In this document: piece by piece, positions 31,289 through 45,050 of the stretch | How positions within the stretch are numbered: the first letter of the stretch is position 1 | Layout: every line of letters begins with the position of its first letter | From: Eledone cirrhosa | Lineage: Eukaryota | Assembly: GCA_964016885.1 (NCBI GenBank) | Contig: OZ024741.1 | Coordinates: forward strand, 406,844,001 to 406,908,000 | Reading direction: 5' to 3' | DNA length: 64,000 nt | The notes under the pieces: generated by a model | Database searches by the model: none | Seen by the model: only the letters and a program-made list of their open reading frames with translations | Told to the model about the DNA's origin: nothing | Translations under genes and position numbers: made by a program

Positions 31289-33372
31289 GTATATATATAT
31301 ATATGTGTGTGTGTGTGTAAGTATATATATATATGTATATATATGTGTATTTATGTATATATATATGTATGTATATCTGTATGTGTATATGTATGTATGT
31401 GTATGTATATATGTATATATCTCTGTATGTATTTATTTATTTTTTTATATATATATATATATTTATATATATATGTGTGTATATGTGTGTGTATATATAT
31501 GTGTGTATATATATTTATGTATATATGTATGTATGTGTATGTTTGTGTATATGTGTGTATATATGTATGTATGTATGTGTGTATATGTGTGTGTATGTGT
31601 ATATATATGTATATATATATATGTATAGTATTAGTTATACTATTTATGGTTATGTAAATACAAAACCTTAAGCAGTTGTAAGTATTTTACACACACCCTA
31701 AATAGTGGTAGGCAGTAATGTATTACTACCTTATTACCAGTAAGTTAAGTAGCTCAATGTAAAAACATCAGATGATTTACAGAGCAGTTATATGAAATAT
31801 AAGAATCAAAGAACTGTTCAAAACATTATTGTGCTTACAGCTGTTTCCTCCAAACCGAGGTTTGGATTCTTTGGAGCAATTTATTAATGCATGGACAGTT
31901 ATATGACCTCCTTTTCAGCCGAGAGACATACTCAAACATTGATACATATTCAAACATTGTGGGTCAACATTCATTACAGAATTTAGAGTGGCAGTACACA
32001 CTTCGAGATTACATTTATATTAATAGGTACAATCAAAAATCAAAGATATAGGTTAAAGTACAACATGAAGATAAGTGGTTATATAGTGCAAATGTTATAT
32101 GTGTGGCACGCATGTGCGTCTTGTTTATATAGTGTGGCAGAGAGATATGTGTGGTAGAGGCACTTAGGTAGGTAAATAAGAGTGTTAGGTTGGTAGATCT
32201 GGTGGCAAAATCTTTATATGATTGATATAGTCTGTGTGTGGAGAAATATTATAAGCATTAAAGATAGTGCAAGCATTAAAAGTGTTATAAGTATTGGAGA
32301 TGCACAGCGCAGGGATGTCAAGTAATTCATGTACTTCGGCATTTTCATGGTCAAGGGAGTGTATATTTCGATTATATGCCTTTCACATAATCCACGACAA
32401 TCCAGTTAGAGATCGTAGTCTGGTGTTCTTTAGTTCGATACAGGAAGTTGTTACGTTTCGAGAAACGCCATTGAATACCGGAAGTGTGTGTGTGGCTAAG
32501 GGGAGTTAATGCATGCGGGGAGGTAACTCTGGGGTTTCTATATCTAGCCATTAAAATGTGTCCCAATATAGACCCTAAATTCTATGGTGAAGTGCACCTT
32601 CCAAGAGAGACTTTTAAAGCATAAAGTGTATTAACTATAGAGTAGTTTAACTAAGTTATGCTGAAGGTGATCATATTATTATGGTGGATTAACCCATCTT
32701 AAGGTGCTACAAATGGAAATTATAGATGATGAGCGAGGATTCTAAATTAATGATCTCTGTGGTTGTAGTCTGCTCATATGACCAGGCGCGGTGATTGCAG
32801 GATTGCTTCAGGACCCAATGATCTCTGGTAAGATCTGGGTCATCACTTGCTACATTGGATGTCGAAAGATAATCGTCCCCAGGCAGGCCAAAGGTCAATC
32901 CGCAGTCCTCGCGACCCCTCTCTGACCGTCAGATCATCCATATACGTACAACCCGCACGGCAGTTGCATTGCATTCACTCACTGCGCTCAGCAGCCCGGT
33001 CCTACTGGTCAACATCGCTACTCGATTAAATCATTTTACATCTGTCTAAGGAAGGTGTTTCCTCTGCCCAACACCATCCAACCGATCAATTCATGCTCAA
33101 ATTACTCTTAGAGCGGTGTAGTGCCGTTCAAGTGGGTGGATGTTGTCACACCTGCCGTAGAGGTATAAATGGGTATTTTCCCTGCGTAGGGTTCCAGAGG
33201 GATGTCGTTGTTTGTGTTATAATGGATCAGCTAGTGTTGGGTATGTAGTATAGGGTGTGTCTCTGGTGTTTGATGCTAGATGTGGTGTTAGGTTCCAGTC
33301 CGACATTGCTATATATAGGGCTTAAAGTTTTGGAAGGAATGTCTGAGGCGGTGCTGGCAAGTTGCAAACACC

Positions 33373-35844
33373 TCAGATTTTTTTGTTAAGTAGGTTACGG
33401 TTGGAGAAGATAATATTGTGTGTCTCTAGTATACAGAGGTTACAAAATTTATTAGGTGGTTTGTACGAGGTCGCGCTGCCTATCACTTCCCATTTGAGTG
33501 TGTATGGTTTATTTTTAGATTTTAGATAGTGTATGTAGCTAGAAAGTGAGGTGGAGTTGGCTAGGCTGTGCTTTTTGAACGAGTGGATGTGCGAGTTATA
33601 TCTGATTTTGAAGCAGTTAGAAGTGGAGCCTACATAGGTTTCTGAAGAGTTATTAGTCGTGACTGTGCATGAGTATATGACATCCTTGGTTAGGCATTTT
33701 TTATCTAAAGGGCAGGTTCTATTAGCTCTACAGTTACAATTAACCTGTGCGTTAGTCCGCTGGTTATAATGCAATGCGGAAGTCTGTGTGGTGGATATAG
33801 GATTTTGGGTGTTCGGGTTGACAACCCTGGTGTTATTACTTATACTAGTGTTATTTCTATTGTTACTGCCGTTGCTATGGTTGCTTGCTACAGTGGTATT
33901 TAGAGGGTTTGCATCCCGTTGTGATTTTGTTTGTTGGAAGTAAGAACTAATTTTACTATTATTGCTGCTAGCTATGTGGTATGCTAAGTTAGGCGTCGTA
34001 GAGTATGAGATTTTAATGGTGTTTTTGTTTAAGAGGTTGTGGTACTTGTGTCCTAGAGGGAAGTTTTTATCTAGTAGTGAGAAGAAAGCCCTAGGTATGT
34101 TGGTGGAGACATTTAGGTTGAATGGAGGGTTGAAAAATGTATTATTTCTTCTTCTATTTTTGCTTTTAGTGTTTGGTGTGTTGCTTCCTCCTAAGGCCCC
34201 ACAGTAGTTTCCATGGTAATGGTTACATCCGGTGGCACCCTCCGCTTTGGTGTACTTGTGGTTGCTATTCCTATTATTAGATTTCCTCATGGACATGTTG
34301 TGCGAGATGATGTTGTGGCTATGTGTTTTCTTAGGTAGGAACTCAATTTCTATATTATGGCCGGAGCTAGCTAATGCTTGATTGTAATATTGTGAGTTTT
34401 TGCTAAATATGTTTGCGTCATAGGACAGACTAGAGATTCTATTGGACACCCCCTTAGAGATAGAGTTTAATATTGATCTAGAGTGATTAGACTTGGTATC
34501 TACGTAAATAAGTTTCTCATTAGGCTTATGGAAAGGTGTATATATTTTTGAGTCTAGGTATAGTGTGGCGTCTAGGAAGTTAACATTTTTAGTGTTTTTG
34601 TCCATGGTGATACTAAGGTTAAAGTTTTTGAATGTCTTATGCAGTTGTTTTCTAGTTCTTTCTATATTAAATTGTTTATATTCTATGAGTAGAAGTGCAT
34701 CATCGCGGTACAAACCACCGTTGAGGTAAGGGAGGTCTTTATGGATTTCATTGAGGAGGTATAGGCCGACCAAATCAGTGACCTGCGCCGAGTCACTAGA
34801 TCCCATGGTTATGTCGAAGTTGTTGTGCGTATCCTTGCGTGTCCATAGTTGGTCCTCGAAGGTGATTATGGTTTTACGGGCCGCAAGGATGACATCAACC
34901 TGGGCTCTAGTCAGGTCGCTATTGGTCATGGCCATGATAAGTGCCTTATTTAATAGGATAGGGGAAATAGAGGTGTAGTATGAATTGATATCAAATTGAA
35001 TAAATTTGTTGTTCTTATTATTCTTGATATCCTTGAACCATTCAATTACTCCACCCGTATTTCCCCATTGTTTAAGGTGTATCTTGTGTTTAATTTGTGG
35101 GATGATTTTATCCAAAATCTTCTTGCTGATAATACCAATGTCGGACTTGGAAGGGCAGATAAGTCTTATCGTGGGGTTGCTGATGAAGTTCTCCTTATGG
35201 TCCTTCAGAGAGAATCTAGGGGGGTTCGGAGTGAAATGTTGTGTATGCCTCTGTAGTCCTAGTTTAGACACTATATTATAACCCTCTACATTAATATCTT
35301 CTAAGTTTTTCAAGGTGGTTTTTTTGTAGCTTTTATGTAGTTCATTATATATAAACTTTCTATAAGTAATATAATCTAGGCTGTATATGTTATTAGTTTT
35401 ATCTGCGTGTACAATAATTTTATTACTAGTTTTGAATCCATTAATAGAAGTGTTAAGTTTGTTTAAGAAGGTGTTGCTTTTAATATGGTGCTTATTGTAT
35501 TTAATGTTCTTAACTAGTTTAACTAGGTCATTTTCAAAGGAGTTAAGTAGAGTGTTATGAGGGGGGCTTTTAAAGGTTTTAAAGCCGAAGGAGTCAAAAT
35601 TGTTAGTATTATTCAAGTTGTTAGATTTGTTTCTATCATAATGGAATGTCCTCCATCTCACTCTATTGATAAATGAATTTACACTGTTGATCAGCAATTT
35701 CTCATATGTATTCCTGGATGGTATTGGTATGTTCTTGGTTGACATGGGGAGTTGGTCTTTGATTAGCATATTGGCAATATTATATGTCAGCTCAACGATA
35801 TGGAGCCACACTATATAAACAAGACGCACATGTGTGCCACACAT
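33373..35844 (-). CDS. PLE reverse transcriptase-GIY-YIG endonuclease polyprotein; likely start nearer 35770 or 35745
   Basis: STKNIPIP, KDHK, QFDI..YY, MGSSDSA, YRDD, CNCR..CPL..CL and VIYSC..YVGST motifs. One extra A in a homopolymer near 33380 removes the last ~25 codons (SEVFATCQHR...). Confidence 0.92.
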   Translation of the reverse strand: MCGTHVRLVYIVWLHIVELTYNIANMLIKDQLPMSTKNIPIPSRNTYEKLLINSVNSFINRVRWRTFHYDRNKSNNLNNTNNFDSFGFKTFKSPPHNTLLNSFENDLVKLVKNIKYNKHHIKSNTFLNKLNTSINGFKTSNKIIVHADKTNNIYSLDYITYRKFIYNELHKSYKKTTLKNLEDINVEGYNIVSKLGLQRHTQHFTPNPPRFSLKDHKENFISNPTIRLICPSKSDIGIISKKILDKIIPQIKHKIHLKQWGNTGGVIEWFKDIKNNKNNKFIQFDINSYYTSISPILLNKALIMAMTNSDLTRAQVDVILAARKTIITFEDQLWTRKDTHNNFDITMGSSDSAQVTDLVGLYLLNEIHKDLPYLNGGLYRDDALLLIEYKQFNIERTRKQLHKTFKNFNLSITMDKNTKNVNFLDATLYLDSKIYTPFHKPNEKLIYVDTKSNHSRSILNSISKGVSNRISSLSYDANIFSKNSQYYNQALASSGHNIEIEFLPKKTHSHNIISHNMSMRKSNNRNSNHKYTKAEGATGCNHYHGNYCGALGGSNTPNTKSKNRRRNNTFFNPPFNLNVSTNIPRAFFSLLDKNFPLGHKYHNLLNKNTIKISYSTTPNLAYHIASSNNSKISSYFQQTKSQRDANPLNTTVASNHSNGSNNRNNTSISNNTRVVNPNTQNPISTTQTSALHYNQRTNAQVNCNCRANRTCPLDKKCLTKDVIYSCTVTTNNSSETYVGSTSNCFKIRYNSHIHSFKKHSLANSTSLSSYIHYLKSKNKPYTLKWEVIGSATSYKPPNKFCNLCILETHNIIFSNRNLLNKKI

Positions 35845-36074
35845 ATAACATTTGCACTATATAACCACTTATCTTCATGTTGTACTTTAACCTATATCTT
35901 TGATTTTTGATTGTACCTATTAATATAAATGTAATCTCGAAGTGTGTACTGCCACTCTAAATTCTGTAATGAATGTTGACCCACAATGTTTGAATATGTA
36001 TCAATGTTTGAATATGTGTTGGTATGTCTCTCGGCTGAAAAGGAGGTCATATAACTGTCCATGCATTAATAAAT

Positions 36075-36121
36075 TGCTCCGAAGAATCCAAACCTCGGTT
36101 TGGAGGAAACAGCTGTAAGCA
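36075..36121 (+). ncRNA. Hammerhead-like motif with CCGAAGA core; partner at 31832-31878(-)
   Basis: tgct-CCGAAGA-a[tccaaacc tc ggtttgga]g-GAAAC-agct-GTA-agca. Confidence 0.7.
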
Positions 36122-36194
36122 CAATAATGTTTTGAACAGTTCTTTGATTCTTATATTTCATATATATGTATATATGTATATATGTGTATATATG

Positions 36195-36228
<34 letters not shown>

Positions 36229-36358
36229 TGTGTATATGTATGTGTGTATATATATATATGTATGTGTGTATGTGTGTATATGTATGTATTTATATGTATG
36301 TGTATGTCTGTATGTTTGTGTATATGTGTATGTATATATATATATGTATGTATATATA

Positions 36359-36402
<44 letters not shown>

Positions 36403-36508
36403 TTTTAAAGCGATGAAATACCAATATAAGGTTGGAAAATCACTGATGAAGGACTATTTTTATCATATGTAACCCATGTGCAACCACGCAGTATTCATTC
36501 TTCTCATG

Positions 36509-36557
<49 letters not shown>

Positions 36558-36568
36558 TATTTAAAAAT

Positions 36569-36605
<37 letters not shown>

Positions 36606-36657
36606 TGTATGTATGTATGTATGTATGTATGTATGTATGTATGTATGTGTGTATGTC

Positions 36658-36743
<86 letters not shown>

Positions 36744-36746
<3 letters not shown>

Positions 36747-37082
36747 TCATCACCATTTTACGTCCGTTCTTCTACGCTAGCATGGGTTAGACGGGTTGTC
36801 CTGTTGTGGGCAGTGTCCGGTCAGCTGACCTTCTCTTGCGCATATAGGAACTGATTCTGGCTTGATTTTTACAGCTGGATGCCCTTCCTAACACCAACCT
36901 TATTTACAGTGAGTGCTGGGTGCTTTTTTGCCGTGGCACCTCCACGACCACTTTACAGTGGAATGATAGGGATCCCAGTCCCTATCATCTCATTTCTACA
37001 GCTGAGTAAACTGGAGCAATGTGAAATAAAGTGTCTTGCTCAAGGAAAAGGCCAATCCTCTAACCACTAAGCCATGTGCCTT
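36744..37082 (-). mobile_element. SINE with an A-box-like head, CORE-like body and RTE-derived 3' tail
   Basis: Minus strand reads tggcttagtggttagag..ccttgagcaagacactt..ggttggtgttaggaagggcatccagctgtaaaaa..(GAT)n. The tail matches the RTE 3' UTR at 40245-40420. Confidence 0.78.
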
Positions 37083-37106
37083 CATATATATATATATATA
37101 TATATG

Positions 37107-38046
<940 letters not shown>

Positions 38047-38179
38047 GTATATATGCATGCGTGTATATATGTATATATGTATATATGTATATATGTATAT
38101 ATATGTGTGTGTGTATATATATGTGTGTGTATGTATATATATGTATGTATGTATATGTATGTATGTGTGTATGTGTGTG

Positions 38180-38211
<32 letters not shown>

Positions 38212-38381
38212 TATGTGTATATGTGTATGTGTGTGTGTGTATGTATATATATATATGTATATGTATGTATATATGTATATATATGTATGTGTATATATAT
38301 ATATATATATATATGTGTGTGAGTATATATATATATGTATATATGTATATATATATGTATGTTTGTGTGTATGTATGTATG

Positions 38382-38466
<85 letters not shown>

Positions 38467-38475
<9 letters not shown>

Positions 38476-39119
38476 CGTAAAATAAGAAAATCTTTTTCAA
38501 AAAATTTTTTTAAAAAGTTTTTTACTTACTTAAATTTTCACTCCAACTAATTAGTTTCTGCAATGGGATAAAGACAGTTACGTAATCTAACTGTCGAGAA
38601 TTCATTGCGTCATCAGGGAGTCTATTCTCAGCTGAGTCTCCAGGCAATGCGCGGACACTGGCGGCTCATATAAAAATAATAATAATTCGGTAGATAGAAC
38701 AGCTGGCGAGGACTGAATTCTATGTACTGAAATCCTCACTGCTTCAAGTCAAATGGCCGATTCTAAAGAATCAATCACGTGACACAGAGGCTAGTCAGAA
38801 GGAATGGGATGGTAAGATGACTGACGCCTACTAACACCCCCCAAAAACATTTTTTTAGAAGTGGTTTTGGCAGGTTTGCTCGACAAATCAGTGATTTGGA
38901 GATAAATATAGATAATTTAATATATCAACTAACATAAGCGCACAGATGCACGCCTATGCCAGCAAATACACAGGTTATGTCATAGTACCTAGGTGGTTCA
39001 ATGCAGGAGGATGCAGAACAATAATATAAAAGACGTAAAATAAGAAAATCTTTTTCAAAAAATTTTTTTAAAAAGTTTTTTACTTACTTAAATTTTACTC
39101 CAACTAATTAGTTTCTGCA
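38467..39119 (-). mobile_element. ORF-less element with direct terminal repeats and HHR (557-nt period)
   Basis: 38467-38562 is repeated at 39025-39119. HHR(-) at 38540-38621: actcc-CTGATGA-cgcaatg..cattgca-GAAAC-taatta-GTT-ggagt. Confidence 0.8.
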
Positions 39120-39134
39120 TATATATATATATAT

Positions 39135-39743
39135 GTCAAGTCACCAGTTGGTGCTACTGGTAACATGTATCCCAGTACAACCTGTCTCATGGTTAGGTCG
39201 TTGGCGACTAAACTGGCAACCCCACCAAGGTTTCTTGGTGAGGAGGGTGACTTTGGACATCCTGCAGGACTAAAAACAAAACCTGTCAAAGGGCAAAGGA
39301 GCTCTTAAGAGTCAATGGCCATCCAAAATCACCGGGAGAGATGACCCCTTAGCCTTTATCAAGGCAGAATTCTAGGAGAAGGAAAACTCTGATATAACAC
39401 CTGCAACTCTGATGGTATCCAATGATGTTGACTTGTTCTTCTTTTTGGTAAATATCATCTTGGTTAAGAGAGTGGGACTGGCATTGTGCAGTGACTTTGC
39501 TCACTATAAAAGCTTCACGGCACTGGCATTGCTTTATATCTGGAGATCTCTCTGCACTTGTCGTTACATGGTACCATGGGCCCAGCACTATGTGTCAATA
39601 ATTGTCACATGTGTAGTGTTTGTACCAGTGTTTTCAAGTCGTTGGCTTGATTAAAAAGTCACACTCGTTCAGCGCATCGGTAGGGTTTCTCCTACATGGA
39701 TATAAAGTAGTGGCCCGTACACGTAAACGAGTTGGCAGCCACC
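39135..39743 (+). mobile_element. ~600-bp non-coding element resembling an RTE 5' UTR; inverted copy at 40524-41102
   Basis: The two copies are reverse complements. Contains ctaggagaaggaaaactctga, which I recall from RTE 5' UTRs (unverified). Confidence 0.6.
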
Positions 39744-39810
39744 ATATATATATATATATATATATGTATGTGTTTATATGTATATATATATATATATATA
39801 TACATATATA

Positions 39811-40382
39811 TTGGTATGGTCACGTGATGCGCATGAAAGACGATAGCTGTATAACAAAGTGCAGGGCAATAAAGATAGACGGTAGCCACGGAGTAGGTAG
39901 ACCCAGAAAAACCTGGGACGAGCTGATAAATTCCGACCTCACATACTTACACCTCTCCAAGACAATGTCACTGGACCGAGACCTTTGGCGGTACTCAGTA
40001 ATAGAGAAGACCCGCCGTACCTAAATACAAAGTAAAACCTACTACAGTCAGTAGGCATCTCTAACAAAATACACCCCAACCCCATCCACACCGCCCCTTT
40101 CAATGTAAAGTTATGTTGGTGCCACAACATCCAGGCCGAAACAAATGAGATCGTGTAGGTGTCACGACAAAAAAACACACAGTCCACGCTGTAATGTGGC
40201 CTTGTAGGCAACACGGTAAAAACCTCCCAGCCCCACACTGTAAATGTGGTTGGTGTTAGTAAGGGCATCCAGCTGTAGAAAACCCGCCAGACAGTCCTAT
40301 GCGAGCAAGACAATCACTCTTGCCTCAAGTGGGAAAACCCCCGTCCAAACCCATGCAAGCGTGGAACACGGACGTTAAACGT

Positions 40383-40418
<36 letters not shown>
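39811..40418 (+). mobile_element. RTE LINE 3' fragment
   Basis: WYGHVMR..GRPRKTW, shared 3' UTR, (GAT)n tail; 5' end in a TA tract. Confidence 0.9.
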
Positions 40419-40419
<1 letters not shown>

Positions 40420-40436
40420 ATGTATGTGTATGTATG

Positions 40437-40525
<89 letters not shown>

Positions 40526-41100
40526 AGGCTGCCAACTCATTTTCGAGTACGGCCACTACTTTATATCCATGTAGGAGAACCCCTACCGATGCGCTGAACG
40601 AGTGTGACTTTTTAGTCCAGCCAGCGACTTGAAAACTCTGGTAGAAACACTACACTTGTGACAATTATTGACACATAGTGCTGGGACCATGGTACCATGT
40701 GACGACAAGTGCAGAGAGATCTCCAGATATAAAGCAATGCCTGTGCCGTGAAGCTTTTATAGTGAGCAAAGGCACTGCACAAAGCCAGTCCCACTCTCTT
40801 AACCAAGATGATATTTACCAAAAAGAAGAACAAGTCAACATCATTGGATACCATCAAGATTGCGGGTGTTATATCAGAGTTTTCCTTCTCCTAGAATTCT
40901 GCCTTGATAAAGGCTAAGGGGTCAACCCTCCCGGTGATTTTGGATGGCCATTGGCTCTTAAGAGCTCATTTGCCCTTTGACAGGTTTTGTTTTAAGTCCT
41001 GCAGGATGTCCAAAGTCACCCTCCTCACCAAGAAACCTTGGTGGGGTTGCCAGTTTAGTCGCCAGTGACCCGACCATGAGATAGGTTGTACTGGGATACA

Positions 41101-41156
<56 letters not shown>

Positions 41157-41634
41157 GTGTGTGTGTGTGTGTGTTTATGTATATATATGTGGGGGGTGTG
41201 CGTATGTGTTTGTGAATGTGTCTGTTGATATATATATATTTTATATATATATATATATATTATATATATATATATATTATATATATATATATATTATATA
41301 TATATATTATATATCTATATATTTTATATATATATATATTATATATATATATATTATTATACTTTGGGAGGGTCATGTTGCCAATAAAAAACACACGCAC
41401 CAGCTGCTTTCACTTCAATTTATTATAATAAATCTATAAATTTAGGAATTTATAAACTTCCGGTTGGTTGGTTCCACAACCAGATGATTTTTTATATATT
41501 GTCAAAGTTCTTTCGTCACACATTCTGTGACCTCTTCAGTGACTGGGGATTCTTTTCTTTGTTTTTGTGCCTCTCCTTTGTTCTGTTCTACGCCATCTTG
41601 TTTTTGTGTGTGTCTATATATATATTTTTTTTTC

Positions 41635-41704
<70 letters not shown>

Positions 41705-41778
41705 TATATATATATATATATTATATATATATATATATTATATATATATATATATATTATATATATATATATATTATA

Positions 41779-41825
<47 letters not shown>

Positions 41826-41895
41826 ATATATATTATATATATAATATATATATATATTATATATATAATATATATATATATATACACATTACATA

Positions 41896-42079
41896 AGGGC
41901 GGTGAATTGGCAGTATTGGTAGAGGGTCGGACGCCATGCTTTGCAGCACAGTTACGTCCCTTTACGGTCTGAGTTCAAATCCCGTCGAGGTTAACTTGCC
42001 TTTCATCCTTACGGGGTCGATAAAATAAAGTACCAGTAATGTACTGGGATAATTACTGGCCTCGTGCTAAAAGTAGAAA

Positions 42080-42086
<7 letters not shown>
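41896..42086 (+). mobile_element. Full-length tRNA-type SINE; partial copy at 46069-46186
   Basis: Head ggcggtgaattggcagtattggtag, B-box-like gagttcaaatccc, body shared with 2962-3065, TA tail. Confidence 0.82.
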
Positions 42087-42128
<42 letters not shown>

Positions 42129-42316
42129 TTTATAACATATATATATATATAATATATATATAGTATATATATAGTATATATATATATATATATATATACT
42201 ATATATATATATACTATATATATTATATATATATATATATACAATATATATATATACTATATATATTATATATATATATATATTATATATATATATTATA
42301 TATATATATATTATAT

Positions 42317-42349
<33 letters not shown>

Positions 42350-42705
42350 ATATATAGATATATATTATATATATATATATTATATACATATATATATATT
42401 ATATATATATATATATTATATATATATATGTTATATATATATATTATATATTATATATAATATATATATATATATTATATAAATTATATATATATATTAT
42501 ATATATATATATATTATATATATATATATATATTATATATATATATTTATATATTATATATATATATATATTATATATATACATATATATATATTATATA
42601 TATATATTATATATAAATATATATTATATATATATATATAATATATATATAATATATACATATATATTATATATATCTATATATATTAAATATATATATA
42701 TATAT

Positions 42706-42752
<47 letters not shown>

Positions 42753-43062
42753 ATATATATATAATATATATATAATAATATTATATATATATATATAATA
42801 TATATATATATATTATACATATATATATATTATATATATATATTATATATATATATATATATTATATATATATATATTATATATATATATATTATATATA
42901 TATATATATCATATATATATATACTATATATATATATATATAATATATATATATATATTTATATATATATATATATATACGATATATTAACAAATGGAAA
43001 CTATATTTATAAAACCATATTTGTTTCAAGGACACCAAGTTAAATATATATATATATATAAC

Positions 43063-43452
43063 TCTCTTTCCAAACGATCGTTTCATTATAAGTTTTCTAC
43101 AAGTTGGGAAAATATTGTCCAGGTTATGTAGAAGCCTACACGTAGTCCGTAGGAATATATGTAGGTGGGCACTTATAAATATATGTAAGTGCCCACCTAC
43201 ATATATTCCTACGGACTATGTGTAGGCTTTTACATAACCTGGACATTATTTTCCCAATTTGTAGAAAACTTATAATGAAACGATCGTTTGGAAAGAGAGA
43301 TGTATTTGAATTATGTCTCATATAAAATAATACAACTGGCTATCCGCAAAATACGTATAGTTAACACCCCAAACGTATAATTGGGATTATACTAAGGTAT
43401 ATCCTAATGTTTGTTGAGTGAGACGGAAGCAGGTCGGAGTATTGCTTAAAGC
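43063..43452. repeat. ~235-bp near-perfect palindrome plus unique tail (pLTR fold-back)
   Basis: 43063-43174 is the reverse complement of 43183-43298. Contains GAAAC-gatc-GTT, like an HHR stem III, but no clean core. Confidence 0.8.
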
Positions 43453-43472
43453 TTTCTCTGTTAATGTATTAA

Positions 43473-43563
<91 letters not shown>

Positions 43564-43581
43564 TATATCTATATATATATA

Positions 43582-44900
43582 TTCAGTGTGTAGGAAGGGC
43601 GTAGGTAGAAACTCCATTTTATGTCCCAAATGCAAAGTATGGGTGCATAAAAGATGTAGTGGGATCACAGGTAAGCTAACTAAGAACATAGATTTTACAT
43701 GTGGCCGGTGCTCTGGTGCAATAAGTAGCAGCAAGTGCTCACAAAATACTAGCTCCTTCAACTGCGCAGAGGGTTCTATAGAAATAGTGGACAGCTTCCG
43801 TTACCTGGGTGACAAAATCAGCAGTGGGGGAGGGTGCTCTGAAAGTACAGTTGCTAGAGTCAGAACTGGATAGAAAAAGTTCAGAGAGCTTATACCACTA
43901 TTAGCCGCTAGAGGGTTCTCCCTAAAAATGAAAGGCAGGTTATACAATGCCTGCATACGAACAGCAATGCTGCATGGCAGTGAGACCTGGGCATTGTGTG
44001 CAGAGGATATACGCAGACTAGAGAGAAACGAAGCTTGCATGCTCCGCTGGATGTGCAATAGTAATATACGTGAACGGCAAAGCATAAACGAACTAAGGAA
44101 AAAATTAGAAATAAGAGGGATCAGATGTTGTTTACTCGAGAGAAGGCTACGTTGGTACGGTCACGTGATGCGCATGAAAGACGACAGCTGTATAACAAAG
44201 TGCAGGGCAATAAAGATAGACGGTAGCCACGGAGTAGGCAGACCCAGAAAAACATGGGACGAGCTGATAAATTCCGACCTCACACGCTTACACCTCTCCA
44301 AGACAATGTCACTGGACCGAGACCTTTGGCGGTACTCAGTAATAGAGAAGACCCGCCTTACCTAAATACAAAGTAAAAACCTACTACAGTCGGTAGGCAT
44401 CTCTATCAAAACAACCCCCCCCCCCCCCCCCCCCCCCCCCCCACCCGTCCCACCACCTCCACCCCATCCACACCGCCCCTTTCAATGTAAAGTTATGTTG
44501 GTCCCACAACATCCAGGCCGAAACAAATGAGATCGTGTAGGTGTCACGACAAAAAAACACACAGTCCACGCTGTAAATGTGGCCGTGTAGGCAACACGGT
44601 AAAAACCTCCCAGCCCCACACTGTAAATGTGGTTGGTGTTAGGAAGGGCATCCAGCTGTAGAAAACCCGCCAGACAGTCCACGCTGTAATGTGGCCGTGT
44701 CGGCAACACGGTAAAAACCTCCCAGCCCCACACTGTAAATGTGGTTGGTGTTAGGAAGGGCATCCAACTGTAGAAAACCCGCCAGACAGTCCTATGCGAG
44801 CAAGACAATCACTCTTGCCTCAAGTCGGAAAACCCCCGTCCAAACCCATGCAAGCGTGGAACACGGACGCTAAACCTGATGATGATGATGATGATGATGT
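43582..44900 (+). mobile_element. RTE LINE 3' fragment with ~107-bp tandem duplication in the 3' UTR
   Basis: Matches 10998-12040; (GAT)n tail. Confidence 0.9.
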
Positions 44901-44902
44901 TG

Positions 44903-44963
<61 letters not shown>

Positions 44964-44975
44964 TATATATATATA

Positions 44976-45050
<75 letters not shown>

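Larger units (their letters stand above)
31625..36163 (-). mobile_element. Near full-length Penelope-like element with ~350-bp inverted pLTR copies
   Basis: Contains the 823-aa RT-GIY-YIG ORF. 31790-32138 is the reverse complement of 35805-36163. Confidence 0.95.

Noticed and set aside
33373-33375. TGA ending the 823-aa ORF as possible selenocysteine (known in some Naiad PLEs)
   Set aside because: It is explained by one extra A in a homopolymer; the shifted frame restores the conserved C-terminal motif.
41896-41985. tRNA gene
   Set aside because: Only A/B-box-like motifs of a SINE head; no cloverleaf.
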